Shown here: piece by piece, positions 11,174-20,556 of the stretch | How positions within the stretch are numbered: position 1 is the first letter of the stretch | Layout of the letters: each line of letters opens with the position of its first letter | From: Alphaproteobacteria bacterium | GTDB taxonomy: Bacteria > Pseudomonadota > Alphaproteobacteria > JAJTHO01 > CANGYM01 | NCBI GenBank assembly: GCA_044375675.1 | Contig: JBILMD010000001.1 | Location: forward strand, 126,396 to 190,395 | DNA: 64,000 nucleotides | Reading direction: 5' to 3' | Made by a program: the position numbers and the translations under genes | Notes under the pieces: model-generated | Seen by the model: only the letters and a program-made list of their open reading frames with translations | The model's database searches: none | What the model was told of the DNA's origin: nothing

Positions 11174-12055
11174 TTAATTCAGGTTTGGGCTGCCTTTTTG
11201 GTCGCGAATATATTTGATGAATCCATATAAGTTTTCCGCATCTAGCCCATGCAACATTAAGCGAAACCCTGCTTCGAGCGTTGAAAATGGAACCATGGGG
11301 TGCTTGTTGTTCACGAGACCCATGATGAATTGCTTGTCCAACATCTTGGCGATATAGACAGCCATGGTTTCGTCCAACTGCAGAGAGTTGCTGGCACGTT
11401 CAAAGGCTTCGTTCGAAAGAAACACACCAAACAAGGGCGTATAAATTTCGATTGCGCTCTGTAGATCAAGAAAATTGTGCCATGTATCAGACAACGAGTC
11501 TATTTCCGAATCGAAATCATAAATCGCTGAAAAATCAATTTTATCAAGGGGAATAGGCTGGATAGATTTATTGTTCTTTTGCAAATAAGCACTGAGTTCT
11601 ATGATAAAATTATAAATGTTCAAATCGTGCTGAACAAACATGTTGTTTTTAAAGTCATCTATAATTCTCGGTTTTAAGGGATGGGATGTTAGCTGTCCCT
11701 CTGCAAGGTTATCATTCAAGAATCTAAGAATTTGGCTGCCTATATGAAAGTGGCGCATGATAAGATAATTTGCATCCTTGTTCACGAAATTTTTCATGCC
11801 CCATGCGATCAGGCAGTGTAATGTTTTGGGCGATGTTAATGCGTTGGGAATTAAAATACGCACTAGCCTGACTAAGGCGATAGACAAGCGTGCAAGTGGC
11901 CGAATGATCGGCAGAAGAAACGTGCGCGATCTTGTGCCGTTATTACGGAGCAGGGCTTCTTTTGCCGGTTGATCGAAAAAGGTGCTCTGATCCAAGGCCA
12001 AAGCCAACCAAGGATCGGGGTTGTTCAGGTCGTGAAGCTTGGCATCAAAAGACAT
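11174..12055 (-). CDS. Hypothetical protein of 293 aa, third gene of the KAS-III/HO-fold operon
   Basis: Long ORF, AT-richer than flanks. Its start overlaps the stop of the upstream gene (ATGA). No recognisable motif. Confidence 0.5.
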   Translation of the reverse strand: MSFDAKLHDLNNPDPWLALALDQSTFFDQPAKEALLRNNGTRSRTFLLPIIRPLARLSIALVRLVRILIPNALTSPKTLHCLIAWGMKNFVNKDANYLIMRHFHIGSQILRFLNDNLAEGQLTSHPLKPRIIDDFKNNMFVQHDLNIYNFIIELSAYLQKNNKSIQPIPLDKIDFSAIYDFDSEIDSLSDTWHNFLDLQSAIEIYTPLFGVFLSNEAFERASNSLQLDETMAVYIAKMLDKQFIMGLVNNKHPMVPFSTLEAGFRLMLHGLDAENLYGFIKYIRDQKGSPNLN

Positions 12056-12720
12056 TACGTGTTTCCCAACTCTTCCATTTGCAGCCTATACAGTCGAGCC
12101 GTGACTTTGGCGGTCTTGATAATATTTTTCCCCATATTCGGTATATCAAGAATACCTGATTGCAGCGTTTTGCTGAACTCTTCCATGTGCTCATCATCAT
12201 GCGCGGAATGATACGTAAGAAAAGCCACCTGTTTATCTTCAAGATTCAATTGCTCCTGAATACTTTTTCCCCACTGACCGGCTTTCTTCTGGCCCAGCCC
12301 TTCAATAATGAACATAGCACCTAACAGGCGAAAAGGATTTGGCTGGCTTGCATGCTGGTACATATAGGCATGTAGCGCCTCCGAACCTATGTTTTTTTCT
12401 GCGCCGCGAATTTCTTCAAGCGTGCCACCTAAAGAAATATAACTTTCTTCAAGCATGCGGTAATCTTTGTGTTCTGTAATCGCATGCTTTAAAAAAACCG
12501 AGCGTTGTTCGAGATATTCTTCATCAATACTGGAAGCGGCGCGAGCAATCCACCGCGAACCTTCTACAACCTGCTGACGGTGGTTGACCAGAAGCATTTT
12601 ATAATCCTCAAGCTGGAATTTCTTGCGGTTAATTTTATCAATCAAAGGGACCGTATCAAGGATTGTATCAAAATCAGTCCAGACCTTGAGCAGCCCGCGC
12701 ATTACTTCTTCACTTTTCAT
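12055..12720 (-). CDS. Heme-oxygenase-fold (TenA/PqqC/CADD-like) putative iron-containing redox enzyme
   Basis: About 220 aa with spaced E/H-rich helices (FLKHAITEHKDY, IIEGLGQKK, FLTYHSAHDDEHMEE), reminiscent of HO-like diiron enzymes and TenA. Family assignment is tentative. Confidence 0.5.
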   Translation of the reverse strand: MKSEEVMRGLLKVWTDFDTILDTVPLIDKINRKKFQLEDYKMLLVNHRQQVVEGSRWIARAASSIDEEYLEQRSVFLKHAITEHKDYRMLEESYISLGGTLEEIRGAEKNIGSEALHAYMYQHASQPNPFRLLGAMFIIEGLGQKKAGQWGKSIQEQLNLEDKQVAFLTYHSAHDDEHMEEFSKTLQSGILDIPNMGKNIIKTAKVTARLYRLQMEELGNT

Positions 12721-12734
12721 TACCTCACCTTTCG

Positions 12735-13859
12735 TTATACGACCTCTAGTAACATCAATCCGTTCAATCCTCGCCCGCTTTCTGGTACATGACAGAGAAT
12801 TTTCTCGCCTGATTTCAGCTTCCCGCTATAAAATAGCTCCTCAAGCATTATTAAGATAGAGGCCGTTCCTGTATTGCCCTTACTGTACAGGTTGCTGAAC
12901 CATTTTTCTTCATCTATCATTGCGCCGGCCTTTTTAAGCAACGCAATTGTTTCTTCACGCAGCGAGTGCGAGGAATAATGGCAGCATAAATGATCAATTT
13001 GGTCGAGCACAATTTTCTTTTGATCTATCAGATCTAAGTAATGAGAAATCCAGACAGGGATCATTCTTTTTAACAAATGAAAATCCTGCGCTAGGACAAA
13101 GGCACCTTCGGAAAAAGCCGCTGCGGGGCTGAGAAAACTGCTCCAAGGTTCAATCCTATCGTCAGTGCGGACACCGCCTGCTAGCATGCAGGTATCAAAT
13201 CTGTCGGCGTAAGAGCGTATGTCAATCCAGCATATTTTTAGAGATATATGGCGCGTGTTTGCCTTGCTGCCAAGCATCGCGGCCCCTGCACCATCAGACA
13301 AGGTAAACCGAAGAAAGTCTACTTCGTAAGGTAAATATCCAAGCTCTTTCACTTGTGCGGTATCTTCATAGAACCCCGGTCTGAAGTAGCGACTGGCGAA
13401 TTCGCTACCTGATACGGCGGCACAATCATGCTCGTTCGCTTTAATCTGTGTGTATACTGATTTTACAGCCATGAGAACACTGGCGCATACGCTTTGGAAG
13501 CTGGCGATTTCAATTGGGGGAAGCTTCAGATTCGCATGAACATGGGATGCCAAACCCGGCACCAGAACATCACCCAATGTTGCCGATGTGGCCAGATAAG
13601 TAATGTCATTTAGGTTAGCCTCTGATTTCCTCAGGGCTTCCTGTATGGCGATAGCAGCCATATCCGCGCTGCCGTATTGCTGAACTCCATTATCATCCAG
13701 CGCATAATAACGTGTTTTTATTTTATTTTGGCGCAAGGCGGTGCTACGGAAACGCGATGGCTTGCCGTGAATGCATCCCAGATAATTTTCCATTTGGCTA
13801 TTTGGTATGGGCTGGCCGGGCAGAAAAATGCCAAGACTGTTAATGAATACATCCCTCAT
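12735..13859 (-). CDS. 3-oxoacyl-ACP synthase III (FabH/KAS III)-like condensing enzyme
   Basis: FabH-like N-terminus, active-site Cys in SVCASVLMAV, His in HYSSHS, and Asn in GNTGTASI. Confidence 0.75.
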   Translation of the reverse strand: MRDVFINSLGIFLPGQPIPNSQMENYLGCIHGKPSRFRSTALRQNKIKTRYYALDDNGVQQYGSADMAAIAIQEALRKSEANLNDITYLATSATLGDVLVPGLASHVHANLKLPPIEIASFQSVCASVLMAVKSVYTQIKANEHDCAAVSGSEFASRYFRPGFYEDTAQVKELGYLPYEVDFLRFTLSDGAGAAMLGSKANTRHISLKICWIDIRSYADRFDTCMLAGGVRTDDRIEPWSSFLSPAAAFSEGAFVLAQDFHLLKRMIPVWISHYLDLIDQKKIVLDQIDHLCCHYSSHSLREETIALLKKAGAMIDEEKWFSNLYSKGNTGTASILIMLEELFYSGKLKSGEKILCHVPESGRGLNGLMLLEVV

Positions 13860-14010
13860 GAAAGCTCTTTTCGATTTTTTCGATTTTCAGAGAATCCGGC
13901 GATCAAATGTTACAAGCCTACTCAATTCTCAACTCTTTTTGAAGTGATTCCGTAAAGGTTAGAAACGTGGTTCCATAGAGGGGCTTGAAACTCTGTCGAA
14001 GGAGGCCTCT

Positions 14011-14637
14011 ATGGAACTGGAAAATCGTATCATCGCCATTTATCTGCGCATAGAAGAAATTTACAAAGACCTCACGGCCTTGCGCCCCAAACGCAAACGC
14101 GTCTTTAAAAAACACGCCAAACCCTGGCTGTACGGCATGAAACCCGCCGCCCCAGGCCACCTGATCCAAATCGACCATATGACTGTCAGAAAAAATGTCA
14201 TAACAATCAAACACTTCCAAATGTACGACCACGTCACCAAAACCATCCTCGCCGAGGTGTATAGCAACGCCACCAGCCGATCCGCAAAAAAATTTCTGCG
14301 TAAAATCAAAGAGGAACTCCCGTTTGCCATCGTGTCCATCCAGGTCGACGGCGGGTCCGAATTCATGGCCGAGTTCGAAGAAGACTGCCATGCCCTCGGC
14401 ATCGCTCTGTTCGTCCTGCCCCCCAAAAAACCCTAGTATAACGGGGGTGTCGAGCGCGGAAATCGCATCTTTAAAGAAGAATTCTACGCCAAAGCCGCCT
14501 ATGATTCCCTCGGACACTGCCGCGCCCTCCTCAAAACCGCCGTCCACAAATACAACACTTACCGCCCACATTATGCCTTGAAAGGATCCACACCCTCCGC
14601 GTATACAAAAACCATCCTCCTCAAGGACGCCGCTTGA
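14011..14637 (+). pseudogene. DDE (rve-type) transposase remnant: N-terminally truncated, with an in-frame amber stop at 14434-14436
   Basis: ...GHLIQIDHMTV...IQVDGGSEFMAEFEE...PKKP*YNGGVERGNRIFKEEFY...YRPHYAL. DDE integrase-core motifs split by TAG in the same frame. A GGAGG RBS lies upstream of the ATG at 14011. Confidence 0.7.
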
Positions 14638-14702
14638 TCACCATATCTGTCTCAAATGGGGTGAACTCATACACAAAAAAATCCTAGCATCCCCCCCAAA
14701 AT

Positions 14703-14751
14703 CTGTTACCTGTTACCTGTAATCTGTTACCTGTTACCTGTTACCTGTATG
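14703..14751 (+). repeat. Heptanucleotide tandem array (CTGTTAC)x7, two units degenerate. The last unit contains the argB ATG.
   Basis: ctgttac ctgttac ctgtaat ctgttac ctgttac ctgttac ctgtATG read directly from the sequence. Confidence 0.9.
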
Positions 14752-15666
14752 AAAGAAACCCACCCCCTGCGCGATGTGAACCCTGTGGCGGCCGCCAAGG
14801 CCAGCACGCTGTCCGATGCTTTGCCCTATATGCGCCAGTATGCGGGGCGCACCGTGGTCATTAAATTTGGCGGCCATGCCATGGGGGAGGAAAGCCTGAC
14901 CGAGGCCTTTGCCCGTGACATTGTCCTGATGAAACAGGTGGGCATGAACCCCGTGGTGGTCCACGGCGGCGGTCCCCAGATTGGCGCTATGTTAGAGCGT
15001 TTGAAAATCAAAAGTGAATACATTGACGGCCTGCGTGTCACCGATGCCGCCACGGTGGAGATCGTGGAAATGGTGCTGTGCGGATCCATCAACAAAAGCA
15101 TCGTCAGCGCCATCAACAGGGCAGGGGGCCACGCCGTGGGCCTGTCCGGCAAGGACGGCCAGTTGATTGAGGCCCGCAAGCTGCGCCATCGCCCCACACA
15201 AAAAACGGATTCCAACATTGAACGCCTGCTGGACTTGGGCTTTGTGGGGGAACCGACCTTTGTCAACCCCCACGTTCTGGACGTTCTGGCTGAATCCGAC
15301 ATCATTCCCGTCATTGCGCCCATTGGGATGGACCCAAACGGCCAGACCTATAACATCAACGCCGACACCGCCGCCGGTGCCATTGCTGAGGCCATGGAGG
15401 CCACGCGCCTGCTGCTGCTGACCGATGTGGTGGGGGTTTTGGACAAAGACAAAACCTTGCTGCCCAAAATCACCCTGAGCCAAGCCCAAAAAATGATCGA
15501 AAACGGCACCATCACCGGCGGCATGATTCCCAAAATCCAAACCTGCCTGCACACCATATCCCGCGGTGTCGGCGCGGCCGTCATCCTAGATGGCCGCATT
15601 CCCCACGCCCTGCTGCTGGAAACCTTCACCTCAGAAGGGGCTGGGACGATTATTATGGAGGGGTAG
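14749..15666 (+). CDS. argB: Acetylglutamate kinase
   Basis: [25 protein letters not shown]...[10 protein letters not shown]... matches the ArgB amino-acid-kinase fold from memory. Confidence 0.95.
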   Translation: MKETHPLRDVNPVAAAKASTLSDALPYMRQYAGRTVVIKFGGHAMGEESLTEAFARDIVLMKQVGMNPVVVHGGGPQIGAMLERLKIKSEYIDGLRVTDAATVEIVEMVLCGSINKSIVSAINRAGGHAVGLSGKDGQLIEARKLRHRPTQKTDSNIERLLDLGFVGEPTFVNPHVLDVLAESDIIPVIAPIGMDPNGQTYNINADTAAGAIAEAMEATRLLLLTDVVGVLDKDKTLLPKITLSQAQKMIENGTITGGMIPKIQTCLHTISRGVGAAVILDGRIPHALLLETFTSEGAGTIIMEG

Positions 15667-15702
15667 GGGAGAGTTGTTCTCGCCCCCCCCTTCACAAACT
15701 CC

Positions 15703-16137
15703 TCACGACCCCTTTTTGGCCATCAGATCCCGAATTTCCGTGAGCAAGACCTCTGTTGGGGTGGGGACGGCTGCGGCGGCCTCTTCCTCTTTTATCACTT
15801 TGCTTTTCAGTTTATTGACCTGTTTGATCAAAACAAAAACGGCAAAGGACACAATCAAAAACTGAATCACCGCATTCAAAAACTTACCATAGGCGATGGG
15901 ACTGGCCCCTGCATCTTGGGCGGCCTTCAGGGTGGTGTAGACTTGATCCCCTGACAGGGCCACAAAAAAGTTTGAAAAATCAATGCCACCAATCAAAACC
16001 CCCAGCGGCGGCATCAAAATATCATTCACGAGTCCATTGACCACAGCCGTAAAGGCAGTCCCAATAATAATCCCCGTCGCCAGATCAATCATATTGCCAC
16101 GGGCGATGAAGGTTTTGAATTCTTTAAAGAAAGACAT
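15703..16137 (-). CDS. mscL: Large-conductance mechanosensitive channel
   Basis: MSFFKEFKTFIARGNMIDLATGIIIGTAFTAVVNGLVNDILMPP. ATG verified at 16137. Confidence 0.9.
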   Translation of the reverse strand: MSFFKEFKTFIARGNMIDLATGIIIGTAFTAVVNGLVNDILMPPLGVLIGGIDFSNFFVALSGDQVYTTLKAAQDAGASPIAYGKFLNAVIQFLIVSFAVFVLIKQVNKLKSKVIKEEEAAAAVPTPTEVLLTEIRDLMAKKGS

Positions 16138-16531
16138 AGACACAAACCCCATAATGAAAAAAAACCATCTTAGGGGATTTTGACAGGGTGGCAAGGCAAA
16201 ACGTTGGGGCAAAAAGTAAAACCACAAAGACAACACTATAATATAGTCACAAGCTATTGTTTTTAAATAGTTTTTTTGAAAAAGTGTGCCATAAAAAGAA
16301 AGCGCTAACCTTAACAGGGTGGAACGCAGGTTTATATCGCGGGCATCCCCCCCACAGAGCCCCCAACCTCTTTTTCCCCAGTGTTCTCCACGCAAGCGAT
16401 TTGCCTTTCACTGTTGATACAGCACCCCACCAACCAACCCACGCCCCCCCCATTGGTTCATCGCACCGTACGTAGGCACGCCCCCCCCTGCTGCAGATTT
16501 CTTATTTGTCATAATATAGCTTATAGGACTT

Positions 16532-16927
16532 TTAGATGGGCTTGTTTTCGTGGGATTCCCAGTCCGTCACCAGCATATCCAAGTCCACATTCAATACTGT
16601 GGCCGCGCGGCACAAAACGGTAACCGAACCCCTTTTTTTTCCCGATTCGATTTCAGCCAAATAAGAACGAGAAATCCCCATACCCGCCGCCAGAACCCGC
16701 TGCGTCAGGCCCCGATGGGTCCGATACACCTTAACAGGCGATGCGCCGTCCACGATGCTTTTGATCAATGCGGCGGGGAAAAACTCTTCGTCTCGTTTTT
16801 TGGCATCATCATAAAGGGAAATGTCATCTACGTACTGCGCTTTTTCCAGTAATCTTTGGTAAAAATCCAATGGAATCAAAGCGTAAGGGCGTCCATTTTT
16901 TTGAATAATTTCATCGGTGATCATCAT
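16532..16927 (-). CDS. XRE-family HTH antitoxin (HigA-like)
   Basis: HTH_XRE segment LTQRVLAAGMGISRSYLAEIESGKKRGS. Its start overlaps the stop of the upstream RelE-like gene by 4 nt. Confidence 0.75.
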   Translation of the reverse strand: MMITDEIIQKNGRPYALIPLDFYQRLLEKAQYVDDISLYDDAKKRDEEFFPAALIKSIVDGASPVKVYRTHRGLTQRVLAAGMGISRSYLAEIESGKKRGSVTVLCRAATVLNVDLDMLVTDWESHENKPI

Positions 16928-17190
16928 TTATAAACGTCTCCTCTGGTATCCAGCTCCATAACCAAAATCAGGAGCTGTCCATCGTTAATCTCAAAAATCA
17001 CACGCCAATCCCCTACGCGCAAATGATACCCCTCTCGACCCACAAGTTTTTTTACACCACTGTGGGCGTAAGGATCCACCGCCATAGCCTCCAACTTTGA
17101 TACAATGCGATGCGCCAAAGACTTTGGTAAACGCATCAGACGCTTTTGAACGGTTTTGGAATAGGATAATTGATACATATAGCGTAGCAA
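16924..17190 (-). CDS. RelE/ParE-family toxin encoded upstream of its antitoxin (HigB-like arrangement)
   Basis: 88 aa. C-terminus YHLRVGDWRVIFEINDGQLLILVMELDTRGDVYK is typical of RelE/ParE. Confidence 0.8.
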   Translation of the reverse strand: MLRYMYQLSYSKTVQKRLMRLPKSLAHRIVSKLEAMAVDPYAHSGVKKLVGREGYHLRVGDWRVIFEINDGQLLILVMELDTRGDVYK

Positions 17191-17205
17191 ATAGCGACCA
17201 AAATG

Positions 17206-18297
17206 TCAAACATTAAACAAAAAATGCATCACATCCCCGTCTTGAACCCCGTATTCTTTGCCTTCGGTGCGGAGTTTTCCGGCGTCGCGGGCGGCGGCTT
17301 CTCCCTTACATAGTATATAGTCGTTATAGGCGATGGTTTCAGCGCGGATGAACCCTTTTTCAAAATCAGTGTGGATTTCACCGGCGGCCTGTGGGGCTTT
17401 GGCCCCGCGGCGCAGCGTCCATGCGCGGGCTTCCTTGGGCCCCACCGTAAAAAACGTCATTAACCCCAACAGGTCATAACTGGCGCGAATCAGACGGCTC
17501 AGGCCCGATTCTGACAGGCCCAACTCGGTTAGGAAAACGTCCTTTTCATCCTCGGGCAGCTGGGCGATTTCCGATTCAATGGCGGCGGCAATCATCACCA
17601 CCCCACTGCCCTGCCCTGTTGCAAAGTGTTGTACTTTTGTCACAAATGCGTTGCCGGTGGTGGCCTCGGCCTCCCCCACGTTGGCCACGTACAACACGGG
17701 TTTTCCTGTAATCATCTGTAAATCATGGAAAAAATTATGGGCTTTCAGGTCGTCTGGGATGGTGCGGGCGGGTTTGCCCTGCCCCAAAGCCACCAAAACG
17801 GCCGAGAGAACCGCCTCCGCCTCTTTGGCGTCCTTGTCCCCTGATTTGGCCAGTTTGGCGATTTTCACCTGATGTTTTTCGGCGCGTTCCAGATCGGACA
17901 GCATCAATTCCGTTTCGATGGTGTCGATATCCCGCAGGGGGTCCACCGATCCGTCAACGTGCGTCACATCGCCGTTTTCAAAACAGCGCACGACGTGGAT
18001 GATGGCGTCAACCTCCCGGATGTGGCTCAGGAATTGGTTGCCCAGCCCCTCCCCTTTGCTGGCGCCCTTCACCAGACCGGCGATGTCCACAAAGGTGATT
18101 TGCGTGGGAATCATTTTCTGGGACCCCGCCAGCTGGGCCAACGTCGCCAGCCGGCTGTCCGGCACACCCACTTTGCCCTGATTGGGCTCGATGGTGCAAA
18201 AGGGATAATTGGCCGCCTCCGCCGCCTGCGTTTGCGTTAAGGCATTAAAAAGCGTGGATTTTCCCACATTGGGCAGACCGACAATGCCGAGTTTCAT
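17206..18297 (-). CDS. ychF: Ribosome-binding ATPase YchF
   Basis: [22 protein letters not shown]-loop, and a C-terminal TGS-like domain ([16 protein letters not shown]). Confidence 0.95.
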   Translation of the reverse strand: MKLGIVGLPNVGKSTLFNALTQTQAAEAANYPFCTIEPNQGKVGVPDSRLATLAQLAGSQKMIPTQITFVDIAGLVKGASKGEGLGNQFLSHIREVDAIIHVVRCFENGDVTHVDGSVDPLRDIDTIETELMLSDLERAEKHQVKIAKLAKSGDKDAKEAEAVLSAVLVALGQGKPARTIPDDLKAHNFFHDLQMITGKPVLYVANVGEAEATTGNAFVTKVQHFATGQGSGVVMIAAAIESEIAQLPEDEKDVFLTELGLSESGLSRLIRASYDLLGLMTFFTVGPKEARAWTLRRGAKAPQAAGEIHTDFEKGFIRAETIAYNDYILCKGEAAARDAGKLRTEGKEYGVQDGDVMHFLFNV

Positions 18298-18404
18298 ACA
18301 TAAAACCACTTTTTCCTAAAAAAATGCAACCTACCATACCCCATGATTTATTATATAAAAAATTTCTGTTACACTGGCGCAAACATCACAGGCCAAGCCA
18401 CCCC

Positions 18405-18851
18405 ATGGATCAAAAACCCCGCTGGATCTATCGTTTTGACAATTACAAACGCGCTTTTGGCTTGCTGAGAGAGGCCATTGAAACCATGGACACACGGGAT
18501 TTGACCCAACTGGAAAAAGAGGGGGTCATCCAACGCTTTGAATACACATGGGAATTGGCGTGGAAAGTCCTGAAAGATTATCTGGAATACGAAGGGGTTT
18601 CCCTGGATAAAATCACCCCCGCATCCGTCATTCGCGCTGCCTTTGAGGCAAAAATCATCGCGCATGGGGAACACTGGATGCAGGCACTGGATGCCCGAAA
18701 CAAAATGTCCCATGTTTATGATATGAAAACATTTGACGATACGATTCGTGATATTCAAAAAACCTATTTAGCCCTGCTTGATGATTTGCATGTATCGATG
18801 TTGGACAATGCCCTCAAAAACCACCATGGTTTTGGGTCTGGCGATGCGTGA
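18405..18851 (+). CDS. HI0074-like nucleotidyltransferase substrate-binding HEPN protein
   Basis: Family signature RFEYTWELAWKVLKDYLEYEGV. ATG at 18405 preferred over 18324. Confidence 0.7.
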   Translation: MDQKPRWIYRFDNYKRAFGLLREAIETMDTRDLTQLEKEGVIQRFEYTWELAWKVLKDYLEYEGVSLDKITPASVIRAAFEAKIIAHGEHWMQALDARNKMSHVYDMKTFDDTIRDIQKTYLALLDDLHVSMLDNALKNHHGFGSGDA

Positions 18852-19164
18852 TCATGGCTTAACCCATCAGCAGTTGCACATTATCGGGGAAACGCTGCGT
18901 CCTTTTGCCGATAAAATCACCACTGTGGGTTTGTTTGGGTCTCGGGCCACGGGAACGTACCGCGACAATTCCGACATTGATTTGGTTTTATACGGCCCCC
19001 TAAGCGCAGCCGATATTGATCGCATTTACACACGTTTTGAAGACAGCGCGTTGCCCATCAAGGTGGACGTCGCTGCTTTTGATCTGATCGACCACCCGCC
19101 GTTAAAACAACACATCGCCGCGGTGATGCGGCCGTTGGAGGTTGGGGGGGGACAAATCCCTTGA
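18844..19164 (+). CDS. HI0073-like minimal nucleotidyltransferase
   Basis: GLFGSRATGTYRDNSDIDLVL NTase motif. 8-nt overlap (ATGCGTGA) with the HEPN gene. A G8 tract lies near the 3' end. Confidence 0.7.
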   Translation: MRDHGLTHQQLHIIGETLRPFADKITTVGLFGSRATGTYRDNSDIDLVLYGPLSAADIDRIYTRFEDSALPIKVDVAAFDLIDHPPLKQHIAAVMRPLEVGGGQIP

Positions 19165-19188
19165 CTGTGTGTAAAAATTGTATTATTT

Positions 19189-19782
19189 ATGGGTTTTTAT
19201 TTAGATGTGGTATCGAGGATTTCTATTATGGTTAAAAGACCTGACCTTGCTAAAAGCCTATTTGAAAATGGGGCCTTTCCCGAAAATCTTTACCCAGATT
19301 TGTACGTTACTACCTCTGAAGCGGAACTACTAAAAAAGATATACGATTTACAAGATGCTGCTTTTTTAGAACAAATTCGAATTCACACAAATACCCCCAA
19401 CACTGTCATAGATATCACCCTTCAAAAGTGTGGAGAATATGACGGAGCTGTGTATAAACTTGATTATCTATTATCTCAGGATAAAAACTTTGCAAACTCC
19501 ATAAAAACTATCGATCCTTTTCAAGCTAAAAGACTTATCGATGGTATCCAAAGCAGTAGTGACAAAGCAACAGATCTGTTACCGATTGGCGACTTAATCC
19601 ATTATGTTGTCACTATCCTAAGAACCCAAAGCACCGACCCAACCATACAAAGTCTTTTTGTACAAACAGCACATGACTGCGGAATGACCACTCAAAGTTT
19701 TGATGAATTTTTCAGAGCTAATCTCAACACCTACGTTACTAATGTCCAACAATCGCAAACCAACCCAGAACAAGGTGGGTAA
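19189..19782 (+). CDS. Hypothetical protein (AT-rich orphan)
   Basis: Long ORF with distinctly lower GC than its neighbours. No recognisable motif. Confidence 0.35.
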   Translation: MGFYLDVVSRISIMVKRPDLAKSLFENGAFPENLYPDLYVTTSEAELLKKIYDLQDAAFLEQIRIHTNTPNTVIDITLQKCGEYDGAVYKLDYLLSQDKNFANSIKTIDPFQAKRLIDGIQSSSDKATDLLPIGDLIHYVVTILRTQSTDPTIQSLFVQTAHDCGMTTQSFDEFFRANLNTYVTNVQQSQTNPEQGG

Positions 19783-19794
19783 CCACACACACCC

Positions 19795-20556
19795 TCACCC
19801 CCTCACCCCCACCCCTGCATCCCTTAAAAACCGTTTGGCCTCGGCCAGACCTGTGGTGCGGTCGTGAAAGATTGAGGCGGCCAGAACGGCGGCGGCGTGA
19901 CCGCTTAGGATACCATCCGCCAGATGCTGCAATGTGCCCACCCCGCCAGAGGCAATGACGGGAATCCCGATGCTATCGGCCACGGCGCGGGTGAGCGTGA
20001 TATCATACCCCGACAATGTCCCATCGCGGTCCATACTGGTGAGGAGGATTTCTCCGGCCCCCAGACGCTCCACCTGCTGCGCCCACGCCACAACGTCCAG
20101 CCCCGTGGGGGTACGGCCGCCGTGGGTGTAAACCTCGTGCCCCCCCTGCCCTGCCCGTTTTCGGGCGTCAATGGCCACCACGATGCACTGATTGCCGAAA
20201 CGGCGGGCGGCCTCTGAAATAAGCTCAGGATTCTGCACCGCCGATGTGTTGATGGACACCTTGTCCGCGCCGGCGTTCAGCAGGGCCCGCACATCCGCCG
20301 CCGTGCGCACACCGCCCCCCACAGTCAGGGGGATAAAGCACGTTTCCGCCGTGCGGGCCACAATGTCCAGCAGCGTCCCCCGATTTTCCACCGAGGCTGT
20401 GATGTCCAAAAAACACAGCTCGTCCGCGCCCTGATCGTTGTAATACCGCGCCAATTCCACGGGATCGCCCGCATCGCGCAGGCCCACAAAGTTCACGCCC
20501 TTCACCACACGGCCGTCTTTGACATCCAAACAGGGAATGATCCGGCTGGCCAGCAT
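19795..20556 (-). CDS. hisF: Imidazole glycerol phosphate synthase cyclase subunit
   Basis: [47 protein letters not shown]. Confidence 0.95.
   Translation of the reverse strand: MLASRIIPCLDVKDGRVVKGVNFVGLRDAGDPVELARYYNDQGADELCFLDITASVENRGTLLDIVARTAETCFIPLTVGGGVRTAADVRALLNAGADKVSINTSAVQNPELISEAARRFGNQCIVVAIDARKRAGQGGHEVYTHGGRTPTGLDVVAWAQQVERLGAGEILLTSMDRDGTLSGYDITLTRAVADSIGIPVIASGGVGTLQHLADGILSGHAAAVLAASIFHDRTTGLAEAKRFLRDAGVGVRG

Noticed and set aside
13918-14571. 217-aa minus-strand ORF
   Set aside because: Antisense to the transposase remnant, whose protein similarity is clear on the plus strand.
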